The notes beneath the pieces are model-generated. The model saw nothing but the letters and a program-made list of their open reading frames with translations, was not told the DNA's origin and did not search any database. 64,000 bases of DNA. It comes from a virus. The stretch covers positions 1 to 64,000 of the IMG/VR virus record IMGVR_UViG_3300049718_000055; one strand, given 5' to 3'. This document shows positions 47,906-53,482 of this stretch, in pieces (positions within the stretch are counted from its first letter, which is position 1; each line of letters begins with the position of its first letter). A program made the position numbers and the translations under genes.

Positions 47906-49090
47906 TCAGTCCTTGTAAGGATCAAATTCACGGGCAGATGCCATAGCCACTCCGACCGGGGTCAACACGTGAAGAACTTTGATCGAATCTCCACACGCCG
48001 CAAGAACTCCGTCTAGCCGTTTGTAGCAGTCTGGAGATTCGTCTAACCCGGCGCCACGCAGTTCAATTCCGGCCTTCCTTACCCATCCATCCATCATCTC
48101 CTGAGTTACTCTTCCAGGGCGCTTGCACTCGCCTGTCTTGCGGTCGAAAGTCCCCTTCGCCTCCATGCGACCCATTGCACGGCCAGCGCCGTGAACGGTT
48201 GAGTAAAGGCTGTACTTGGCATCCTCGTTCTCCATGCCCTCCAAGATGACGGACTTCTCGCCCATCGTTCCTCCAACGAATCCCTTCTGTCCAGGGAACG
48301 CCGGAGTGGCTCCCTTGCGAACAACCCACAGCATCTCACCACCATGCTCTTCCCGCCATGCGAAGTTGTGATGGTTGTGAACCTCTTCAATAGCCTTAGC
48401 TCCAAGAATCTTAATCACGCGGTCGCAGACCCAGTTCCTTCCTGCATAAGCGTACTCGCCGGCAAGAGACATAGCCTGTAGATATTCGCTGCCTAGTGCG
48501 CTGTCTACCGACAAGACACATGGCTCCACATCCATTCCGTCTTTTGCTCCTGCTGCTTTCAAAAACCACGTTGCAATCTTATGCCCGAGGCCGCGAGAAC
48601 CGAAATGAACACCCACCCAAACGCGGTCTTCTTCGTCTGTAAAAAGATCTACATAATGGTTTCCAGAACCCAAAGTCCCAAGTTGCTGATGAGCCATTTC
48701 CTTGAGCGGGGAGGTCATTGAAAGACTCCAGGCATCATGCTCGAAAACCTGATCGTCTACACGCTCGTCGTCATTCTTTCTCCCAACCCCAAAACTGACT
48801 ATATTCCATACGTCATCCATTATCGGCTTGATGCTGCCACGCAACATCCAGCCTTCCATGTCGGTCAACACGGCCTTGTTTCCACAGCCGATGTCGTATC
48901 CCACTCCGGTTGGGCTGATGGAATTTCTATAAGCCACAACACCGCCAATGGGCACACCGTACCCAAGGTGGTTATCTGGCATCAATGCCACTTTGTCCGC
49001 GGTTTTCGCACAGGTCCGAATCTGGTTGAGAGTCTTTTCTTCAGCTTCCCCAAATACCGGTATAGTTCCATCTACTAACTGCATCCCCAT
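47906..49090 (-). CDS. rtcB: RNA 3'-phosphate/5'-OH ligase RtcB
   Basis: MPDNHLGYGVPIGG; VGYDIGCG; GTLGSGNHY; HFGSRG; HNHHN; RKGAT; HGAGR; DESP..YK. Confidence 0.96.
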   Translation of the reverse strand: MGMQLVDGTIPVFGEAEEKTLNQIRTCAKTADKVALMPDNHLGYGVPIGGVVAYRNSISPTGVGYDIGCGNKAVLTDMEGWMLRGSIKPIMDDVWNIVSFGVGRKNDDERVDDQVFEHDAWSLSMTSPLKEMAHQQLGTLGSGNHYVDLFTDEEDRVWVGVHFGSRGLGHKIATWFLKAAGAKDGMDVEPCVLSVDSALGSEYLQAMSLAGEYAYAGRNWVCDRVIKILGAKAIEEVHNHHNFAWREEHGGEMLWVVRKGATPAFPGQKGFVGGTMGEKSVILEGMENEDAKYSLYSTVHGAGRAMGRMEAKGTFDRKTGECKRPGRVTQEMMDGWVRKAGIELRGAGLDESPDCYKRLDGVLAACGDSIKVLHVLTPVGVAMASAREFDPYKD

Positions 49091-49105
49091 ACCCTCCTTT
49101 TTATT

Positions 49106-49180
49106 TGGTGAGCGCGGAGGGAATCGAACCCCCATCGTTGCGTTCGTAGCGCAGCACTCTATCCGTTGAGCTACGCGCCC
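49106..49180 (-). tRNA. tRNA-Arg(ACG)
   Basis: TGCG-CTACGAA-CGCA. Confidence 0.93.
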
Positions 49181-49191
49181 ACATTCAAACT

Positions 49192-49265
49192 TGGTCTCCG
49201 AGGGCGGACTCGAACCGCCGACACCGCGCCCCGAACGCGGGATGTTTCCACTACACTACTCAGAG
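49192..49265 (-). tRNA. tRNA-Pro(CGG)
   Basis: CCGCG-TTCGGGG-CGCGG. Confidence 0.92.
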
Positions 49266-49266
49266 A

Positions 49267-49340
49267 TGGTCAGCGAGGGGAGAATTGAACTCCCACCACA
49301 AGTTCCCAAGACTTGGATGCAACCATTACACCACTCACTG
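49267..49340 (-). tRNA. tRNA-Pro(TGG)
   Basis: CAAGT-CTTGGGA-ACTTG. Confidence 0.9.
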
Positions 49341-49348
49341 ATTAAAAG

Positions 49349-49517
49349 TTATGCGTGACGGAATCAAACCGTCTCCACCCGCTCCAATGCGGGAGTGCTA
49401 TCCGTCCAGAGTCGTGTCGATCTTGAGCCGCTACGTATCGCCCCAAAACGCATTCCACTGTACTGCCTTCGCTACGCTCCGTCGAGCTTCACTTTGGCTT
49501 CATTACACCAACGCATA
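49349..49517 (-). ncRNA. tRNA-like RNA with a ~95-nt insertion in the D-loop
   Basis: TATGCGT/ACGCATA acceptor stem, GTGT/GCAC D-stem, CCCGC-ATTGGA-GCGGG, T-arm GACGG-TTTGATT-CCGTC; no CCA. Confidence 0.65.
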
Positions 49518-49519
49518 CT

Positions 49520-49595
49520 TGGTGCCGACTACCCGTATCGAGCGGGTTTCCATCGCTCTTCAGGCGATTGCTATGACCTCATCAGCTAAGTCGGC
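49520..49595 (-). tRNA. tRNA-Phe(GAA)
   Basis: ATCGC-CTGAAGA-GCGAT. Confidence 0.9.
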
Positions 49596-49600
49596 AAAAC

Positions 49601-49676
49601 TGGTGGACCTAGAGGGGCTTGAGTCCTCGACCTCCCCGGTGCAAACGGGGTGCTACTCCATCTGAGCTATAGGCCC
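49601..49676 (-). tRNA. tRNA-Ala(TGC)
   Basis: CCCCG-TTTGCAC-CGGGG; G3:U70 present. Confidence 0.92.
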
Positions 49677-49684
49677 GTAAAACT

Positions 49685-49760
49685 TGGAGGGAAAGGTGGG
49701 AGTTGGACCCACTAGAACCTGTTCCACAGACAGGCGCCGCACCGTTTGGCTTCAGTCCCC
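49685..49760 (-). tRNA. tRNA-His(GTG), weak acceptor stem
   Basis: CCTGT-CTGTGGA-ACAGG. Confidence 0.78.
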
Positions 49761-49770
49761 ATAAAGCTGT

Positions 49771-49842
49771 TGGGGCCGGATGTGGGAATCTAACCCACCG
49801 CGCAGGCCGTACAAAGGGCTGCTGCTACTCAGAGCATCCGGC
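49771..49842 (-). tRNA. tRNA-Thr(TGT), atypical D-arm
   Basis: Loop TTTGTAC; perfect acceptor and T stems. Confidence 0.72.
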
Positions 49843-50391
49843 TCAGTTAAACGCATACCTCTTATCACCTTCGGAGTCCGTGAATAAAAACGGACCCCAC
49901 TCATTTACCTCGGCGCCGAGAGACCTCAACAAAAATCGCGGCGTGTGAATCGACTGCGGCAGCGGCCGGCGAAGCAACTTCATTCCAGCTTCCTCCGGCG
50001 TCCGGTCGGCCTTGCGGTGATTATCTTTGGCGCAACATGAAACCAAGTTGCTCCACGATGGCGATCCTCCTCTTGACTTTGGAATTATGTGGTCAAGAGT
50101 TAGTTCGCTAGTCTTGAACCTTTCTCCGCAATACATACACCTTTCTCCGTCACGAAGAAAAATGTTCTTGCGGCTTACAACTTGAAGCCTAATTGGGACG
50201 TGGCGATAAGCGCGAAGCCTGATTACCGATGGAGCATAGATTCCAAGTCCGCGATGGATAAGTACATCGGTAGGAACCTCAACCAGAGCAACACCTTTCG
50301 TAATAAGAGTCAGAGCCTTCTTAACTGAAACTATGCGAAGCGGCTCATACGATGCATTGAGAAGAAGTGTTGCGCTTTTTCCTATTGTCAT
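49843..50391 (-). CDS. HNH endonuclease
   Basis: LLLNASYEPL; SRKNIFLRDGERCMYCG; TLDHIIPKSRGG..SWSNLV.CC...N..K..RTPEEAGM. Confidence 0.93.
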   Translation of the reverse strand: MTIGKSATLLLNASYEPLRIVSVKKALTLITKGVALVEVPTDVLIHRGLGIYAPSVIRLRAYRHVPIRLQVVSRKNIFLRDGERCMYCGERFKTSELTLDHIIPKSRGGSPSWSNLVSCCAKDNHRKADRTPEEAGMKLLRRPLPQSIHTPRFLLRSLGAEVNEWGPFLFTDSEGDKRYAFN

Positions 50392-51163
50392 AGTCACCAC
50401 GCTCCCAACGTTCTTTCAGTAAAGCAGACATCTTCGCCTTAGTTTCTTCCTTGTGCTTCATACCTTTGTTTCCAGGTACTCTGCCTTTCCTGATTGCCGA
50501 CTGTTTAGCCCGTGTTTCTTCGGAAGCCTTTTTACCTGTCAGAGAGCGAGAAATCTTTGCTTTACTCTCTTCTGAAAGTTTCCTTCGTCTGTTCGCCGCA
50601 GAAATCTTCTCACTAAATCCCTGCGGTTTAGGTCTCCCCTTCAAAGCAGCAGATCGTTTTGCTTTTTCTTCCTCCGACATTGGGCCTAATTTCCGGCCCC
50701 TAAATGATGCCGACATACGCGCTTTGGTTTCTTCCGAACGCTTTGAACCAGTCCTAGATTTAATCATCTTGGCTATCGCCTCTGCTGTGTGTCTCAATCC
50801 CTTATGCACAGCAGATACTTTCGCTTTCATTTCGGCTGTTCTAACCGCTCCTGATCCTCCCTCGCCCCCATCTGTTCTATTTCTCAAGCATCCAGTTCCA
50901 AGGTTAATTCTCCCATGGAATTTTATTAGCTGCTTCTCCATGAAAAACGCTTCGTCCTCTGACAAATCTTTGGCAATAATTACAATCATCGATTTATCTT
51001 TTGGAGTACGTATCGCTTCAATAGGATTTTTCTTATAGGCTCTTAACCCGTGTCCTTTCCCTATGTAATAAGGAGAACCCGCTGGGCCGTGTTCGGAGGC
51101 AAAAGTCCTCACGTATTGGTATACGTAAAACCCAGAGATTACAGGTCTCCTATAGTTACTCAC
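50345..51163 (-). CDS. GIY-YIG endonuclease with NUMOD3 repeats
   Basis: FYVYQY...YYIGKG...R; LRNRTDGGEG; repeated SEETKAKMS. Start refined to GTG 51163. Confidence 0.88.
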   Translation of the reverse strand: MSNYRRPVISGFYVYQYVRTFASEHGPAGSPYYIGKGHGLRAYKKNPIEAIRTPKDKSMIVIIAKDLSEDEAFFMEKQLIKFHGRINLGTGCLRNRTDGGEGGSGAVRTAEMKAKVSAVHKGLRHTAEAIAKMIKSRTGSKRSEETKARMSASFRGRKLGPMSEEEKAKRSAALKGRPKPQGFSEKISAANRRRKLSEESKAKISRSLTGKKASEETRAKQSAIRKGRVPGNKGMKHKEETKAKMSALLKERWERGDYDNRKKRNTSSQCIV

Positions 51164-51187
51164 TGTCTTACTCTCTTTCCTTAAAAG

Positions 51188-51262
51188 TGGAGCCGGGTAG
51201 CGAAATCGAATCGCTGTCTGTGGGATACGAATCCACTGCTCTGCCATCTGAGCTAACCCGAC
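51188..51262 (-). tRNA. tRNA-Thr(CGT)
   Basis: GTGGA-TTCGTAT-CCCAC. Confidence 0.88.
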
Positions 51263-51345
51263 TATGTTTTTCTGCTAACCTCTTCCACACTTCTCGGAGA
51301 TCGGCATTCAAATGAAACCTGTGCGGCATGTCAACCTCCAAAATT

Positions 51346-51419
51346 TGGAGCGGTTTGCCGGATTTGAACCGGCGCTTTCGCCCTGGCAAGGCAACGTCTT
51401 ACCACTCGACTAAAACCGC
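51346..51419 (-). tRNA. tRNA-Gly(GCC)
   Basis: TTGCC-TTGCCAG-GGCGA. Confidence 0.9.
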
Positions 51420-51424
51420 TTCAC

Positions 51425-51498
51425 TGGCTCCGAGAGTAGGAGTCGAACCTACACAGCGAGCTTCAAAGACTCGCGGCCTACCGTTAACCGATCTCGGA
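51425..51498 (-). tRNA. tRNA-Gln(TTG)
   Basis: CGAGT-CTTTGAA-GCTCG. Confidence 0.92.
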
Positions 51499-51505
51499 TC
51501 AAACT

Positions 51506-51581
51506 TGGCTGGGAAGGCAAGTCTCGAACTTGCTACCTTCCGGGTCAGAGCCGGACGTTCTACCCGTTGAACTTCTTCCCA
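51506..51581 (-). tRNA. tRNA-Gln(CTG)
   Basis: TCCGG-CTCTGAC-CCGGA. Confidence 0.92.
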
Positions 51582-51590
51582 ACTTCAAAC

Positions 51591-51665
51591 TGGCTGTGCA
51601 GGTGGGAGTCGGACCCACATCCTCTCGCTTAACAGGCGAACGCTCGACCATTGAGCTACCGCACA
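51591..51665 (-). tRNA. tRNA-Asn(GTT)
   Basis: TCGC-CTGTTAA-GCGA. Confidence 0.9.
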
Positions 51666-51667
51666 TC

Positions 51668-51706
51668 AAAAAGCCCCTAACCGCTTATTCTCGGCTAGGG
51701 GCTTTT
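51668..51706 (-). terminator. Attenuator terminator 2
   Basis: AAAAGCCCCTAGCCG...CGGTTAGGGGCTTTTT. Confidence 0.85.
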
Positions 51707-51749
51707 CCTCATTTGCTACGTTGTAGCAGTTGAATCTTTGCGCCCAAGC

Positions 51750-51812
51750 CTACACGGGATTACCGAACGCTTGTGGCGTTGTCGGCTGTCCGGTATGGGC
51801 TCGGTTCATCAT
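51750..51812 (-). CDS. Leader peptide 2, MMNRAHTGQPTTPQAFGNPV
   Basis: Starts 7 nt after the -10 box; codons match the 12 downstream tRNAs. Confidence 0.8.
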   Translation of the reverse strand: MMNRAHTGQPTTPQAFGNPV

Positions 51813-51819
51813 GTTTCCT

Positions 51820-51848
51820 ACTTTACCGCCGTTCGCAATTTCTGTCAA
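51820..51848 (-). promoter_or_regulatory. Promoter of tRNA block 2
   Basis: TTGACA-17bp-TAAAGT. Confidence 0.8.
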
Positions 51849-51857
51849 ATCATTTTC

Positions 51858-51934
51858 TGGTAGGGTTGGTGGAACTCGAATCCACTAGGACATGATTGAA
51901 GGTCATGGTGCTCGTCCGCTTTGCATTCAACCCC
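51858..51934 (-). tRNA. tRNA-Glu(TTC)
   Basis: CATGA-CCTTCAA-TCATG. Confidence 0.8.
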
Positions 51935-51939
51935 ATAAC

Positions 51940-52016
51940 TGGCGCGGTAGACGGAAATCGAATCCGTGTACACGATCTTGAGAGAATCGCTGGAGAACCA
52001 GCACCCCTGCTACCGC
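51940..52016 (-). tRNA. tRNA-Glu(CTC)
   Basis: CGATT-CTCTCAA-GATCG. Confidence 0.8.
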
Positions 52017-52017
52017 A

Positions 52018-52092
52018 TGGCGGTCCCACGGGGAGTTGAACCCCGAACGCCTCTTAGACAGAGAGGAATCATTGCCGTTAGACCATGGGACC
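52018..52092 (-). tRNA. tRNA-Asp(GTC)
   Basis: CCTCT-CTGTCTA-AGAGG. Confidence 0.9.
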
Positions 52093-52095
52093 AAA

Positions 52096-52212
52096 AGTTC
52101 CGTTTTGTTTGCCTAGCGGCCCAGTCTCCCATCGCATTAGCAGAATTCCGACTGAGGTTCATCCACTGCGGACTCGAGTCCGTTTGCTAGACTCTTGCCA
52201 GAACGGTACTGG
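52096..52212 (-). ncRNA. Candidate structured ncRNA inside the tRNA array
   Basis: Terminal stem AGTaCCGTT/AACGGaACT; GTCTAGC/GCTAGGC; perfect palindrome CGGACTCGAGTCCG. Confidence 0.45.
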
Positions 52213-52221
52213 CCTTTGGAT

Positions 52222-52296
52222 TGGTTGCGTGGGGAGGACTCGAACCTCCGGTCTCCAGCTTATGAGGCTGGCGAGATGCCGCTTCTCTACCTCGCC
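52222..52296 (-). tRNA. tRNA-Met(CAT), initiator-like
   Basis: CCAGC-CTCATAA-GCTGG; 1:72 mismatch; GCAACCA end. Confidence 0.88.
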
Positions 52297-52301
52297 ATTT
52301 C

Positions 52302-52330
52302 AGTATGCCACTACTCTTTCATGTTGGCAA
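52302..52330 (-). promoter_or_regulatory. Promoter of the Met/Asp/Glu/Glu block (no attenuator)
   Basis: TTGCCA-17bp-CATACT; +1 falls near the tRNA-Met 5' end. Confidence 0.65.
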
Positions 52331-52333
52331 GTA

Positions 52334-52419
52334 TGGTGCATCGCCCCAGGCTCGAACTGGGCTGCTCCGAAGAGCGGCAGGTTTACAGTCTGCTGGCCGT
52401 CCACCCGACCATGCGATGC
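52334..52419 (-). tRNA. tRNA-Tyr(GTA)
   Basis: GCAGA-CTGTAAA-CCTGC; long V-arm. Confidence 0.88.
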
Positions 52420-52423
52420 AAAA

Positions 52424-52513
52424 TGGAGGAAGGTGGAGTAATCGAAACCCTACGCCATCGCTGACGCACCACGGTTTTCAGGACCGTTCGCCGACCATTC
52501 AGCGGCACCTTCC
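52424..52513 (-). tRNA. tRNA-Ser(TGA)
   Basis: ACGGT-CCTGAAA-ACCGT; long V-arm. Confidence 0.88.
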
Positions 52514-52517
52514 AAAC

Positions 52518-52605
52518 TGGCGGAGACGATCCGATTTGAACGGATGGAACCTTGCGGTTCGGAGGTTTAGCAAACCTCTGGATTAGACCGCTCTCCCACG
52601 TCTCC
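52518..52605 (-). tRNA. tRNA-Ser(GCT)
   Basis: GAGGT-TTGCTAA-ACCTC; long V-arm. Confidence 0.93.
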
Positions 52606-52610
52606 AAACT

Positions 52611-52686
52611 TGGTGCCGATGGTCGGGTACGAGCCGACAAGCCTGAAGGTTTGAGCTTCAGAGGTATTCCTTCCCATCACATCGGC
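52611..52686 (-). tRNA. tRNA-Leu(CAA), short variable loop
   Basis: TGAAG-CTCAAAC-CTTCA. Confidence 0.8.
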
Positions 52687-52691
52687 AAAAC

Positions 52692-52767
52692 TGGTGCGGG
52701 TGGAGGGACTCGAACCCCCATGAGACTGATCCTAAGTCAGCCGCGTATTCCATTCCGCCACACCCGC
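52692..52767 (-). tRNA. tRNA-Leu(TAG), short variable loop
   Basis: GCTGA-CTTAGGA-TCAGT. Confidence 0.88.
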
Positions 52768-52778
52768 ACATCTCAAAC

Positions 52779-52851
52779 TGGAGTACCGGGCCGGACTTTA
52801 ACCGGCTTCAACGGTTTTGCAGACCGTCCGCTCGCCCTTCGCTTCCGGTAC
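52779..52851 (-). tRNA. tRNA-Cys(GCA)
   Basis: ACGGT-CTGCAAA-ACCGT; U73. Confidence 0.85.
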
Positions 52852-52852
52852 A

Positions 52853-52930
52853 TGGTGCGGGTGAACGGTGTCGAACCGATCCTAAACTGGGCTTAAACCA
52901 GTTGCCTCTTCCAACGTGGGCTACACCCGC
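52853..52930 (-). tRNA. tRNA-Leu(TAA), short variable loop
   Basis: ACTGG-TTTAAGC-CCAGT. Confidence 0.88.
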
Positions 52931-52931
52931 A

Positions 52932-52967
52932 CAAAACAAAGCCGCCGATCTCTTCGACCGGCGGCTC
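52932..52967 (-). terminator. Attenuator terminator 1
   Basis: GAGCCGCCGGTC-GAAGA-GATCGGCGGCTT-TGTTTTG. Confidence 0.85.
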
Positions 52968-52992
52968 GTGAATTCCAAACTTTGGAATCAGT

Positions 52993-53058
52993 TCACATAA
53001 GCCCCCGGCCCGTCAATGGCAGGCAATACGAGGATAGCGAACTGAGTAAAATTCTCAT
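52993..53058 (-). CDS. Leader peptide 1, MRILLSSLSSYCLPLTGRGLM
   Basis: Leaderless start; contains all six Leu codons plus Ser, Tyr and Cys codons, matching the 7 downstream tRNAs. Confidence 0.8.
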   Translation of the reverse strand: MRILLSSLSSYCLPLTGRGLM

Positions 53059-53064
53059 ATCCAA

Positions 53065-53093
53065 ATCTTCCCACAGATAATCATTATTGTCAA
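53065..53093 (-). promoter_or_regulatory. Promoter of tRNA block 1
   Basis: TTGACA-17bp-GAAGAT-6nt-ATG. Confidence 0.7.
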
Positions 53094-53156
53094 TCGGTCA
53101 TTCCGGTACAGTTAAATTCCCCTCTTCGTCCTCCAATTGAGGCTGAGGTGTACACC

Positions 53157-53372
53157 ATGCCACTAAGTTTGTTTTGGATCATCGCCGTTGTAATCATTGC
53201 CGGAGTAGTTCTTTGGGCTCTAAACTCGTTCCCTGCCATTGACCCCACCATGAAGCAGATCGCCAGAGTGCTTATCATCGTGCTCGTGGTTATCATGGTT
53301 CTCTACTTCCTGTTTGGATTGCTTGCAGGTGGTGGTGCGGGATTCCATAGCTTCCCCGGTCCTTGCCGCTAA
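53157..53372 (+). CDS. Small two-TM membrane protein
   Basis: IIAGVVLWALN..P.IDP.MKQI..VLIIV; GAGGTG SD. Confidence 0.8.
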   Translation: MPLSLFWIIAVVIIAGVVLWALNSFPAIDPTMKQIARVLIIVLVVIMVLYFLFGLLAGGGAGFHSFPGPCR

Positions 53373-53384
53373 TCTTGCCGGCAC

Positions 53385-53414
53385 AAAAAAGCGGCAGACC
53401 CGAAAGCCTGCCGC
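53385..53414 (-). terminator. Intrinsic terminator insulating the tRNA array from upstream transcription
   Basis: GCGGCAGGCTTTCGGGTCTGCCGC-TTTTTT. Confidence 0.85.
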
Positions 53415-53482
53415 ATTCCCCATGATTTGATCTGCGTTGTTATGAATAAACTCTACATCCGGTCGTAGAAGTTGTCAACCGC

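Noticed and set aside
46693-47918. ORFs called across tRNA block 3
   Set aside because: They overlap cloverleaf-forming tRNA genes and have no protein motifs.
49091-49135. N-terminal extension of RtcB in the track
   Set aside because: Overlaps tRNA-Arg(ACG); the ATG at 49090 has a GGAGG SD.
51164-51247. N-terminal extension of the GIY-YIG ORF
   Set aside because: Overlaps tRNA-Thr(CGT); GTG at 51163 is more plausible.
51328-52896. ORFs called across tRNA blocks 1 and 2
   Set aside because: Spurious translations of tRNA genes.
46729-52930. Stop-codon recoding or suppressor tRNAs
   Set aside because: No CTA/TTA/TCA anticodon found (loops CTCAAAC and CCTTCAA read CAA and TTC), and long genes are intact in code 11 with all three stops in use.
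47730-53093. T-box riboswitches as the explanation for the leaders
   Set aside because: No T-box consensus (TGGnACC bulge) or Stem I seen; the leaders are short and contain codon-matched ORFs.
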